Positions 56,143-64,000 of a stretch of 64,000 bases of DNA are shown here, piece by piece. Within the stretch, counting starts at the first letter, position 1; every line of letters begins with the position of its first letter. The notes under the pieces were generated by a model. It made no database searches. It had not been told where the DNA came from and saw only the letters and a program-made list of their open reading frames with translations. Made by a program: the position numbers and the translations under genes. Origin of the DNA: an uncultured Chloroflexia bacterium (GTDB taxonomy: Bacteria; Chloroflexota; Anaerolineae; Anaerolineales; UBA4823); NCBI GenBank assembly GCA_963770655.1, contig CAVYQO010000010.1, positions 58,651 through 122,650 of the forward strand, in the 5' to 3' direction.

Positions 56143-57060
56143 TCACTGCGCCTCCAGCTTGAATACTTCCCAATCTAGCTGCTCTTGCGTCTCGGCCACC
56201 AGCGTCCACTGCAAACTTCCTTCCCAACCCCCATCTCCGGCAGTCCAATACTTCCCGGCGCAGGTGATCCAGGCGACCCTGCCATCCCCCAGATCAAGGA
56301 CAGTAAATTTGCCGCAATCTCCCAGCACTGGCTCCTGGCGCAGCAGCCAATCGGCGCGGGTGGCGCCAGTCCTGGGGGCAGTGACGTAGCGTCCTTGACA
56401 GGTGATCAAAGCGATCCGGCCGTCAGCCTGGGGGACGAGCGTAAACCAGGTGCATGGATCGTCCTTGCGGGTAGCCTGGCGTAGAATCCAGTCGTCGGCT
56501 TCGCCCATGGCGATAACATAGCGTCCGTGAAAGGACAGCAGGGCTGCTCGAGGGAAGAGTGTCGCGGTAGGCGTTGGGGAAGCCGTCGGTGTTGGCGCGA
56601 CCGTTGGTGTCCGGGTGTAGGTTGGCATTCGCGTGCGTGTTGGCAGACGGGTAGGCGTTGGGGAGGCTGTCGAGGTTGGCGCGACCCTCGGCGTCCGGGT
56701 GTAAGTTGGCATTCGCGTGCGTGTTGGCAGGCGGGTCGATGTCGGAGAGAGTACACGCTGGTCCGCCAATACCGTGGTAGCTGTCGGCGAGGGATGAGTG
56801 GGCGTTGGTGGAGGTTCCGTAGCCGTGATGATGACCGTCTGATAAACAGGAGGTCCCTCCACAACGATGGGCGTCCCAGGCGGCTCAAATAGCCCGGCAG
56901 TACCCTGCCGCACGACAGTACCCTGCCGCATGGCAAAGATCAGCGCCAAGAGCAGTGCGCCCAAACACATCCAAACCCAGTCTGGCAGCACCCGCGCCCC
57001 GCATATGGCGCAGAAACGAGCCGTTGGGGGGACTTTGTGCATGCTTAAACAGCGAGGCAT
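56143..57060 (-). CDS. membrane-anchored protein: N-terminal zinc-ribbon, one TM helix, Pro/Thr-rich repeat linker, C-terminal beta-trefoil (fascin-like) domain
   Basis: The ATG at 57060 is 6 nt after GGAGGG. RFCAICGARV, then TM helix WVWMCLGALLLALIFAM. The C-terminal domain has three internal repeats (HGRYVIA..C, QGRYVTA..C, AGKYWTA..). Confidence 0.65.
   Translation of the reverse strand: MPRCLSMHKVPPTARFCAICGARVLPDWVWMCLGALLLALIFAMRQGTVVRQGTAGLFEPPGTPIVVEGPPVYQTVIITATEPPPTPTHPSPTATTVLADQRVLSPTSTRLPTRTRMPTYTRTPRVAPTSTASPTPTRLPTRTRMPTYTRTPTVAPTPTASPTPTATLFPRAALLSFHGRYVIAMGEADDWILRQATRKDDPCTWFTLVPQADGRIALITCQGRYVTAPRTGATRADWLLRQEPVLGDCGKFTVLDLGDGRVAWITCAGKYWTAGDGGWEGSLQWTLVAETQEQLDWEVFKLEAQ
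56568..56735. repeat. 84-bp tandem repeat x2 inside the Pro/Thr linker coding region
   Basis: Units at 56568-56651 and 56652-56735 differ at a handful of positions. They encode RLPTRTRMPTYTRTP(R/T)VAPT(S/P)TASPTPT. Confidence 0.85.
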
Positions 57061-57081
57061 TGCAACCCTCCAGCCCAAGGC

Positions 57082-58260
57082 TCATAGCTGCCGTCCGCAG
57101 GCCTCGCAGTACTTCGCTTGCGCAGCCTGAACGGTGGGCTGGCCGCAGTGCGGGCAGGCGGCCAGCGGGTGCAGGTGGGCAGCGCATTTCTTACAATAGG
57201 CGCGCGGGTCGGGGTTGACGGTTCCACACCTTGGGCAGGTTACGACAACCGGTGGAGATAGCGCGCCGCAGTGCGGGCAGCGTTCGAGGTGGGCGGCGTG
57301 TGCATGACCGCAGGGGCAGGTGTAGAGAGCTTTTTCGGCCTCTTCCAGCGCGCTTTCCCATTCAGCCGCGCTGGGGCGCCGGCGCGGGTTGGCGTGTCCT
57401 TCAATAAAACAGCGCCTCATCATATCTGCAACCGGTGGGTGCAGCCGGTCGAGCGCTAACCCTGGCGGCGGGCCAAGCGGGCCACGCGGCTCGTGGGCAT
57501 ATGGAAACCAACCCTGGAGGATCTTCTCCTCAATTGGCGGCGGGTCGCCGCGGCCTAACCAGGTCGAGCGAAAGGGGTGGCTGCCATCCATCAACAGTTG
57601 GAAGATCAACACAGCCAGCGCAAACAAGTCTTGTTCGGGTTGGCGCACCTCGTTTAGAAAATAACGGCCTTGCAGCTCGGGCGGGGTATATTCGGGCCGT
57701 CCAACCGGGCAGGGGAAAAAAGTGATCTGCCCGGCCTGCTTTTCTTTCACCTGAAAAGAATCCGCATCGATAATGGTGACCAATGCGGTAGGGGCGACCA
57801 GCACGTTGGTTTCGTTGAGGTCGCCAATCACCACCTCGCCCTCGTGCAGCGTATGGAGGGCGGCTGCCAGGTTGTGGGCGGTGCGAAGCAGGTATTTTTG
57901 GTTGAAAGCTGGCAGGGTTTGGGCCCGCAGGCGCGGGTTGAGCACGTGCAGCAGGGTCTTGGCATCGGGGACATGCGCCATCAGATAACCGATAAAACAC
58001 CCGTTGCTCTCGTAAAGCAGCATTTCGGGCCAGGCAATCGCCGGGGTGCACGTAGGACCGCACACATTGGTGCGCCCGTACATCTCGGCCATCCAGGCCA
58101 GTTTGGCTTCTTTGCCGGCGCATTTTTCGGGCTTGTAGAGCTTGGCCAGGCGGCCCTGGACAAAAGACTGAGGGTTAACTGGGTAGATCACGCCTTCGCC
58201 GCCTTCGAAGAGCGGGGCGCCAAGTTCCAACCATTGATGAGCGGCGTTATATACGATCAT
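57082..58260 (-). CDS. Ser/Thr protein kinase-like protein with a C-terminal array of zinc ribbons (TerY-triad kinase type)
   Basis: GGEGVIYPV...LAKLYK (VAIK-like), IGDLNETNVLV (catalytic loop), IIDADSF (DFG-like). The C-terminus has CPCG..CPHCG, CPRCG..CKKC, CPHCG..CEACG. Confidence 0.75.
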   Translation of the reverse strand: MIVYNAAHQWLELGAPLFEGGEGVIYPVNPQSFVQGRLAKLYKPEKCAGKEAKLAWMAEMYGRTNVCGPTCTPAIAWPEMLLYESNGCFIGYLMAHVPDAKTLLHVLNPRLRAQTLPAFNQKYLLRTAHNLAAALHTLHEGEVVIGDLNETNVLVAPTALVTIIDADSFQVKEKQAGQITFFPCPVGRPEYTPPELQGRYFLNEVRQPEQDLFALAVLIFQLLMDGSHPFRSTWLGRGDPPPIEEKILQGWFPYAHEPRGPLGPPPGLALDRLHPPVADMMRRCFIEGHANPRRRPSAAEWESALEEAEKALYTCPCGHAHAAHLERCPHCGALSPPVVVTCPRCGTVNPDPRAYCKKCAAHLHPLAACPHCGQPTVQAAQAKYCEACGRQL

Positions 58261-58280
58261 TTAGCGCACTCCGTCCTGGG

Positions 58281-59099
58281 CTAACCCCCCAGGGTTTGAG
58301 GCCCAGGGTGGACGGCCAGGAGCAGGGTTTTATCGTCGTCGGTGCGTGAACACACGCGTTCCGAGGCCAAGAAGTCCGCCAGCTCTGCCTGCGCTCGGAC
58401 CTCGTCAGCGGCTTCGCGGGCAAAGCTAAACAATGGTTGAAAGAATTTAGGCTGCGGTTCATACTCGGGCAGCTTCAGCGCCAGGCGCAGCAGGCCATCC
58501 GTGGTCAGCGCCAGCGCCTGCACCGGTTGGAGCGCGGCATATACAACCGTGTAGCGGACCACCTCGGGCAGGGTCAAAAAATAAGTTTCGTTGGCGTACT
58601 CGCTCCGCTGCGGGCGAGCGGCCAGGAACAATCTGCCGTCCAGGGTCTCGGCGACCGCCGCGCCGTCGCCGATCTGCCCAACCACCAACCATTCATCTGC
58701 TGCCAGCGCGCAGGTCAACGTTGCCGCGTAGGCGCGCAGAGGAGCGCCGGCGGCCTCGGCGAAATCGACCAGTTTTTGGTGGATTTCAGCGAACAGGCCA
58801 GTGATCGCGATTGGCCATCCAGCGGCATCATCTGGCGCGCCGCGTTGGCAAAGTGCTTCGAGGCCGGCCAATGCCCATTCCACTGCCAGGCATGCTCCCT
58901 CCTGGGAGTGTGCGGCTGTCCCGGCGCCATCGGAAACAGCCGCCAGCAGTTCTCCTCCGGGCAGCACCCGATAGGCGTACGCATCCTGCCCGCCGGTACC
59001 TATGTGGGGGCGATCATGGGTGTTCGCCCCCACATGGTTCGAGACCCCCGGCGCAGAAGCAGCAATAACCCGCCAACAGGCTGCTGCGGTTGTGTTCAT
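58281..59099 (-). CDS. PP2C-family protein phosphatase
   Basis: The internal ATG (complement of 59097-59099) overlaps the vWA stop (ATGA). GQDAY...AVSDGAGTAAHSQEGA...LTTDGL. The upstream part of the track ORF is rejected. Confidence 0.7.
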   Translation of the reverse strand: MNTTAAACWRVIAASAPGVSNHVGANTHDRPHIGTGGQDAYAYRVLPGGELLAAVSDGAGTAAHSQEGACLAVEWALAGLEALCQRGAPDDAAGWPIAITGLFAEIHQKLVDFAEAAGAPLRAYAATLTCALAADEWLVVGQIGDGAAVAETLDGRLFLAARPQRSEYANETYFLTLPEVVRYTVVYAALQPVQALALTTDGLLRLALKLPEYEPQPKFFQPLFSFAREAADEVRAQAELADFLASERVCSRTDDDKTLLLAVHPGPQTLGG

Positions 59100-59875
59100 A
59101 CCGAGGTGTCCGTCTGCCCCCAGCCCACCGCGGGCAGGGCTGCCTGCCCGCCGGGTTGCGATTTGGCCACCGCGGATAGGCTCTTGGAGAGCCACTGGAA
59201 CAGCTCGCGAAACGCCAGCCCCTGAAGCATGAGCGGCGGGCGTCCTGCCGAAAACCGGGCCAGGATTTGCATATCTGCATCCTGAACACCAATGGCGTAC
59301 ACAGAAACACCCTTGCGCTCTTCTTCTTGCCGCGCCTGCTCCGCGGCGGCCTGCCACGAATCGGTCGGCGCACCATCGGTGATCAGGAACAACCAGGGGC
59401 GGAAGTAATCCAGGCCACACTGCTTATAGGTATTTTTGCGATCGCGCAGCAAGCTCAAGGCCTGGTTAACAGCCGCACCCATAGGCGTGCTTCCCCGCGC
59501 AGCGAGGGTTGGCGGTTGAAAGGCATCCGCCGCGACAAAATCAGTCTTGGTCACTGAGCCGCCAAAGGTGACGATAGCCAGCTCTACGCGCAGCGAGGCC
59601 AGCTTATCAGCCTTCAAGGCCTTATCCAATTCTTGCAGCCCGGCATTCAATTCCGCAATCGGCTGTCCGCTCATGGAACCTGAAATATCCAGCGCCAGTA
59701 CGACTGCGCAGCGCGGTTCAGGGTTTTCGGCAAATTCGGTCTCATCAAAGCGAGTTGGTTTCATATTGGCTTCCTCCTGAATGATGGTTCTCGAAACAAC
59801 CTTCGTCTGCACGACTGTGTAGTGCGCTTCGGGGTTTTCAAAAAACTCGGTCTCATCGGCGCGTGTTGGTCTCAT
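59096..59875 (-). CDS. TerY-like vWA-domain protein (alternative start at 59764)
   Basis: MIDAS motif DISGSMSG ... ITDGAPTD. N-terminus is MKPTRFDETEFAENPEPRCAVVLALD. A 111-bp in-frame duplication creates a second upstream RBS plus ATG at 59875. Confidence 0.8.
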   Translation of the reverse strand: MRPTRADETEFFENPEAHYTVVQTKVVSRTIIQEEANMKPTRFDETEFAENPEPRCAVVLALDISGSMSGQPIAELNAGLQELDKALKADKLASLRVELAIVTFGGSVTKTDFVAADAFQPPTLAARGSTPMGAAVNQALSLLRDRKNTYKQCGLDYFRPWLFLITDGAPTDSWQAAAEQARQEEERKGVSVYAIGVQDADMQILARFSAGRPPLMLQGLAFRELFQWLSKSLSAVAKSQPGGQAALPAVGWGQTDTSV

Positions 59876-59961
59876 ATTGAAGTCCTCCTGGGATCATGAC
59901 ATTGGTTATTTCTGTGATCATAAAATAACCAGCTTACCGGAACCTTACCTTTTGGCGAGAA

Positions 59962-60006
59962 TCAAAAATTGACAAGGGTGCGTTTCACACCCTTGTCAAT
60001 TTTTGA
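59962..60006 (-). terminator. intrinsic terminator / 19-bp perfect inverted repeat
   Basis: TCAAAAATTGACAAGGGTG - CGTTTCA - CACCCTTGTCAATTTTTGA, 17 nt after the stop at 60023. U-rich tails occur in both orientations. Confidence 0.65.
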
Positions 60007-60022
60007 CCGATCGAGAGAATTA

Positions 60023-60526
60023 TTAGCGCTGCAGATCCAGGGTGAATTCCTCCCACCCCTGGATCCTGTCCGTTTCGGCAACCACAGCCCAAGCCATATC
60101 CCCCCAACCCCCATCACCAGCCGTGAGGACCTCCCCCGCACAGGTTCGAAAAGCAACCTTATCCCCCGGCCTTTCAGGATCGTCTGGTAGATCAATCAAA
60201 TCGTACAGCCCGCAATCGCCCAGGCTAGTTTCTTGCCAGAGGCGCCGCTGCGGGTCGTGTTGGGTCGATGCCGGATTTATGTTTGGCAGCCGCGGCGCAG
60301 TGACGAAGCGGCCCTTACAAGTCAACAGTGCGACCTTGTCGCCGCGCGGGATCAGGGTGAATTTCCCGCACTCATCCAATTCGGGGTTCTGGGTCAGCAC
60401 CCAATCGCTGTCCGCTCCGAGAGCGGTGACATAGCGATCGTGGGAGGATAAGAGCGCCACTTTTGGAGGCGGTCTAAAGAGAACAAAAAGCAGCACTGCC
60501 AATCCGAGCAGCCCAATGATCGCCAA
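60023..60526 (-). CDS. membrane-anchored beta-trefoil (fascin-like) protein, paralog of 56143..57060
   Basis: TTG start right after the kinase stop. TM helix IIGLLGLAVLLFVLF, then three repeats (SHDRYVTA..C, KGRFVTA..C, AGEVLTA..) ending WEEFTLDLQ. Confidence 0.6.
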   Translation of the reverse strand: MAIIGLLGLAVLLFVLFRPPPKVALLSSHDRYVTALGADSDWVLTQNPELDECGKFTLIPRGDKVALLTCKGRFVTAPRLPNINPASTQHDPQRRLWQETSLGDCGLYDLIDLPDDPERPGDKVAFRTCAGEVLTAGDGGWGDMAWAVVAETDRIQGWEEFTLDLQR

Positions 60527-60548
60527 TACCCAGCGCGAAGCGGCCCGC

Positions 60549-61472
60549 TTACGCTGAGGGGCTTCCGCTGCTGGACTCCTCGATGACCTCGCCCGGCGCA
60601 GCAGCAGGGAGGCTCAGCCTGAAAACCGAGCCTTGATTCGGGCTGCTGCTTACCAGGGTCACATCGCCACCCTGCAGGCTTGCGGCCTGCCTGGCGCAGT
60701 ACAACCCCAGCCCATTGCCCGTTTCGATCAGGCCGTCGCCGCGCACATTCAGCTCGAACAGCCCAGCCTTATCGGTCTCCTGGATGCCCTTGCCGTGATC
60801 TTTTACGGTAATGACCACTTCTTTTCCAGGCCGGGAGGTGTTTTCTTCGCTCGTCAGGCTAATCTCCACCACGCGACCGCGCTCAGAGTACTTAATTGCG
60901 TTGTGTACCAGGTTGCGAATCGCCAGCACCGTCAAATCGCGGTCCAGGATGATTGGTTCGATATCGTCCAGGCTTGGCCGCAGGGTCACTCCCTGACTTT
61001 CGGCATAGGGAAACAGCTCCAGCAAAACGCTTTCGACCAGTTGGCGGATGTTCAGCAGCTCTTTCTTTTGTTTATCCGGCTCCAGGGCAAAGACGGATAG
61101 GATGTTCATGGCGTGCTGCTTCAGCTCATGTGTCTTAGCAATGATTCCGCCCTGCTTATCGCGCAAGGCAGTTTGCTCTTTCCCCAGCCCTTCGAGCGTC
61201 TCGGTGCTCTTATTCAGAATATAATCCAGGCCCTTGCCATACTCGTGGGCGACAATGCGCTGGAAATAGCCGTGCAGTTTTTGGAAATGCGAAGACTGGC
61301 ATTCATCCAGCGCCCGTTCGAGCGCTTTTTGCTTGCGCTGCCAGCGCCTGCGCTGGCTCCAATAAACAGCAGCGGCCGCTCCGCAGACCAGGATCAACGC
61401 CAGGATACCAATCCGGGTTAAGTAATAAATTTCGAAAAGCGGGTTGTGCATCTCCCTCCCTTCTCCCGTCAC
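60549..61472 (-). CDS. sensor histidine kinase (one TM helix, no obvious extracytoplasmic sensor domain)
   Basis: H-box-like RIVAHEYGKGLDYIL. HATPase motifs HNAIKYS, DHGKGI, GNGLGLYCARQ. The GTG start overlaps the RR stop (GTGA); an ATG at 61451 after GGAGGGAG is also possible. Confidence 0.75.
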   Translation of the reverse strand: MTGEGREMHNPLFEIYYLTRIGILALILVCGAAAAVYWSQRRRWQRKQKALERALDECQSSHFQKLHGYFQRIVAHEYGKGLDYILNKSTETLEGLGKEQTALRDKQGGIIAKTHELKQHAMNILSVFALEPDKQKKELLNIRQLVESVLLELFPYAESQGVTLRPSLDDIEPIILDRDLTVLAIRNLVHNAIKYSERGRVVEISLTSEENTSRPGKEVVITVKDHGKGIQETDKAGLFELNVRGDGLIETGNGLGLYCARQAASLQGGDVTLVSSSPNQGSVFRLSLPAAAPGEVIEESSSGSPSA

Positions 61473-62206
61473 TTCACCAACTTCTCAAAAGCCGACCGGC
61501 TGAAGTGAACCGGTTTTCCATTAAACCGGTAGCCAAACCCTTTAATCGTCTCGATATACACCGGATGAGCAGGATCTGGTTCCAATTTTTCCCGAAGCCG
61601 GTGAATGCAGACTGCCAGCACATCATCGCTGACCTGTTTATCCCCCCAAACTGTAATCTTAATCGTGGTTGTGAGCACGACCAGCCCAGCGTTGACAACC
61701 AACACTTTGAGCAGCTCAAATTCCAGGGGCGGCAGGTGAACTTTTTCCCAACTTTCAGCACGCCTGACAAAGACCTGGAGACCAGCCAGATCCACGCAGA
61801 GAGTGTTATCGATGATGAGAACTTCCGGCGGCAGGTTGGCGCGGATGCGGGCGACGATCTCGCGGTTATCGCGCGGGCGGATTACGTAATCGTTTGCGCC
61901 AGCCTCAAACCCGCGCAAAACATCCTCGGTCTCAGCCCTGGGAACGGTGATGAAGATGATCGGAATCTTTGGGTCATTGCTGCGAATGGCTTCACAAATC
62001 TCGAATCCATCTATGGCCTGGTTTTTGAACTGGATATCCAACACAACCAGATCTGGCTTGGTTTCGAATACCAGGTCGTAGACCGCGACGCCATCTGGCG
62101 TGGGTACAACTTCATAACCAGCCGCCTGCAGCATCCCAGGCAGCCTGGAGATTTCATCATACTTGTCATTGATATTATCGTCGGCGACCAGGATTTTGAA
62201 GGGCAT
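61469..62206 (-). CDS. OmpR-family response regulator
   Basis: The ATG at 62206 follows GGAGG. Receiver domain (ILVADD...VVLDIQF) plus a winged-helix domain (FELLKVL...IKGFGYRF). Confidence 0.85.
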   Translation of the reverse strand: MPFKILVADDNINDKYDEISRLPGMLQAAGYEVVPTPDGVAVYDLVFETKPDLVVLDIQFKNQAIDGFEICEAIRSNDPKIPIIFITVPRAETEDVLRGFEAGANDYVIRPRDNREIVARIRANLPPEVLIIDNTLCVDLAGLQVFVRRAESWEKVHLPPLEFELLKVLVVNAGLVVLTTTIKITVWGDKQVSDDVLAVCIHRLREKLEPDPAHPVYIETIKGFGYRFNGKPVHFSRSAFEKLVK

Positions 62207-62463
62207 GGGAGCCTCCATTTGGATCAAGATTAAGTATACAACAATGTGAAGCGGATGATAGATGAAAAGGCGCGCTGCTGCGCCCCGGTCAACCTTACAG
62301 TCGGTTCAACATGAAATGGCGAATTTACAACATTTAAATGCAGGTCATTTTATTTGAAACTATAATTGATTGTGGAAATAGGCGCGCATAATTCGCACAA
62401 AGGTGCAGGCGGTTAAAGGCTGATCGCTAATTGCTGCCACCTGTGCAACCCTACTGGATGGGC

Positions 62464-64000
62464 ATGAGTTTCACCGTTCTGAATCAACCCTGGCCTTACC
62501 TGGCAATCGCTGCTTTTGCTGTCTTGATCGGCGGGTACGTTTGGACCCAGCCGCGCCGCCCAGGAACGCGCTACTTCGCCTGGTCGGTAGTCGTTTGGCT
62601 CGTGTGGGCTTTAGCTGCCGCCCTCCAACTTGCAGTCGCCTCACCCGAGCTGCGCTACGGGTTGTGGGTGCTGCAGATTTTTTGTGCTTTGCTGGAAGTT
62701 CCTCTGGAATTGATGTTCTGCCTGGAATATACCGGTAATGAGAAATGGCTCGCCCGGCGCAGCGTGTATTTGGCATTTCTGCCAGCGCTTTTCTTTCTAG
62801 CCATGGCTTTTTTAGTGCCCGGCTCAACCGCATCCGCTGGGTACCATTTTGGGATTGAGGCGTTCGTAGATCGTGATCTGCTAAAGTGGGGATTTTATTC
62901 ATATCTCGCCATTCTGATATTGGTCAATCTCGGCGTGCTCTTCACCTGCTGGCTGCGCGCCCCGGCATTCTGGGCGCCAATCCTTCTGATCAGCCTGGGG
63001 CGCATCGTCCCCATGATTGGTTTCATCTTCCTTGACTCCGCACGAATGACCGTCTTGCCGATCCAGGCGACGATTCTGTTTGCCGGAGTCTCCATGCTGG
63101 CTTATTTCGTGGCTTTGTATAATTTCGGGATGCTGCGCGTGATGCCAGTGGCGCGCGACATGGTCATCGCCCGCATGCCTTATGCTTTGCTCGTGTTGGA
63201 TGCCGAGAACCGCCTGGTCGACTTCAACCCCGCCGCCCGAGCGCTGCCCAATCTCGGTGAGCTGGCCCTGCACCAAACCGCCTGGCGTGCCTTGGGCGCT
63301 TGGTGGGACAAGATTTCCCCGCTGATTGGGTCTGAGCCTGTTTCAAAAGATGTGTCTGTTCGAAACGGCTCTACGGAGCTCATCTTCCGCGTGATGAGCC
63401 TGCCTATGCTCCAGGCTAGCGGCTGGCGGATTGGGCAAGTGTTTCTTTTCGAAGATGTAACCCAGGCCAGGCTTGCCCAGCGCCAGCAGGCGCAAGCCCT
63501 GTGGGCGCAGGCGACCCTTGAAGAGCGCGGCCAATTGGCCAACGAGCTGCACGATGGAATTTCACAAAGCCTCGCTTTTCTGAACCTTCAGTCCCAGGCT
63601 GCCCAAATCTATCTGCAGACCGGGCAGAGCCAGGCGGCTCTGGATAGCCTGCTCCGCTTGAGCGAAGCTGCGGGAGAGATCCAGGCCGAAACCCGGGAGC
63701 TAATTGGCAGCCTGCTGTCTGTCAGCCTGCCTGCGGAAAACTTTTGCAAGTCGCTCAGGCAAATTGTGGCCGATTTTGAGCAGCAAACCGGCCTGGCAGT
63801 TCACCTGGAAATAGAAATTGATCCGGCTCATGGGTATGGATATGACCCTGGAAACGTTATGCGATCCAGCCAGGCTGTCCCCACTCATAGCAGTCCAGCT
63901 TATTCGCATCACCCAGGAGGCATTGGCCAATGTGCGCAAACACGCCCAAGGTGCAAGCCAGGTCAGCATGCAGCTCAATGCCTGGGACGGGCAGCTCTGG
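62464..64000 (+). CDS. sensor histidine kinase, HisKA_3/NarL-partner type, with an N-terminal multi-TM domain and a PAS-like region; partial, with a frameshift near 63820-63850
   Basis: Absent from the ORF track because it runs off the right edge. Manual translation from the ATG at 62464: MSFTVLNQPWPYLAIAAFAVLIGGYVW..., six or seven TM helices, ...LANELHDGISQSLAFL (H-box). After a frame change it reads LIAVQLIRITQEALANVRKHAQGASQVSMQL. Confidence 0.75.
   Translation, partial: MSFTVLNQPWPYLAIAAFAVLIGGYVWTQPRRPGTRYFAWSVVVWLVWALAAALQLAVASPELRYGLWVLQIFCALLEVPLELMFCLEYTGNEKWLARRSVYLAFLPALFFLAMAFLVPGSTASAGYHFGIEAFVDRDLLKWGFYSYLAILILVNLGVLFTCWLRAPAFWAPILLISLGRIVPMIGFIFLDSARMTVLPIQATILFAGVSMLAYFVALYNFGMLRVMPVARDMVIARMPYALLVLDAENRLVDFNPAARALPNLGELALHQTAWRALGAWWDKISPLIGSEPVSKDVSVRNGSTELIFRVMSLPMLQASGWRIGQVFLFEDVTQARLAQRQQAQALWAQATLEERGQLANELHDGISQSLAFLNLQSQAAQIYLQTGQSQAALDSLLRLSEAAGEIQAETRELIGSLLSVSLPAENFCKSLRQIVADFEQQTGLAVHLEIEIDPAHGYGYDPGNVMRSSQAVPTHSSPAYSHHPGGIGQCAQTRPRCKPGQHAAQCLGRAAL

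Noticed and set aside
55391-56248. 285-aa minus-strand ORF antisense to the MBL hydrolase gene.
   Set aside because: Same shadow-ORF reasoning. The plus-strand HxHxDH protein is convincing.
57530-59225. Long alternative-frame ORFs (57530..58123 -, 57670..58284 +, 58437..59225 +, 59014..59376 -) over the kinase/PP2C/vWA genes.
   Set aside because: They overlap motif-bearing genes that are linked by overlapping stop/start codons. Their products are low-complexity and Arg/Pro/Gly-rich.
62471-63978. Minus-strand track ORFs 62471..62902, 62899..63276, 63180..63542 and 63700..63978.
   Set aside because: All are antisense to a long plus-strand sensor kinase ORF. That ORF is missing from the track only because it runs off the window, and it has clear TM helices, an H-box and an N-box.

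Overview
This is a 64-kb chromosomal segment from a moderately GC-rich bacterium. Gene content suggests a Chloroflexota-like or other thermophile-like lineage, but that is a low-confidence guess. All family calls come from reading motifs by eye; no searches were run. I saw no rRNA, CRISPR array, transposase or prophage genes.

Layout:
- 0-22 kb is mostly housekeeping: deoxynucleoside kinase, ssb, pepF, a CcrM-like DNA methyltransferase, ychF, tRNA-Leu(CAA), glgC, osmC, an M1 metallopeptidase, an aminotransferase, a ChlI/vWA chelatase-type motor, rpsA, a two-gene ABC exporter and a large polytopic membrane protein.
- 22-26 kb is a small scarred patch. It holds gene remnants, including a DEAD-box helicase fragment, bracketed by direct repeats of about 120 bp.
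- 25.9-38.7 kb (minus strand) is an inositol/hexuronate-type sugar-acid cluster under a LacI regulator. It unusually also carries a LarA-family (nickel-pincer) enzyme, a PfkB kinase and gnd.
- 38.8-56.1 kb (plus strand) is an unassigned cluster. It holds four HAD domains, an apparently circularly permuted iPGM, two tandem Udk/PRK-type kinases with an unknown N-terminal domain and a conserved leader, RpiR, a Fbp/Thi-type ABC importer, a HAD-TIM-barrel fusion, DUF47+PiT, a PfkB kinase and an MBL hydrolase.
- 56.1-62.2 kb (minus strand) is a TerY-like vWA / PP2C / Ser-Thr kinase triad. It is flanked by two membrane-anchored beta-trefoil (fascin-like) paralogs and a two-component system.
- A second sensor kinase runs off the right edge.

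Most notable observations:
- the permuted iPGM;
- a dnaX-type A_AAA_AAG slippery site exactly at the ChlI/vWA junction;
- the kinase leader element and the duplicated promoter/operator architecture;
- a DnaA-box cluster in a 485-bp intergenic region;
- the beta-trefoil-decorated TerY triad.

Caveat: at least 15 genes show single-site frame disruptions, several at short homopolymers. Indel sequencing error is therefore likely, and it weakens any frameshift-based claim.
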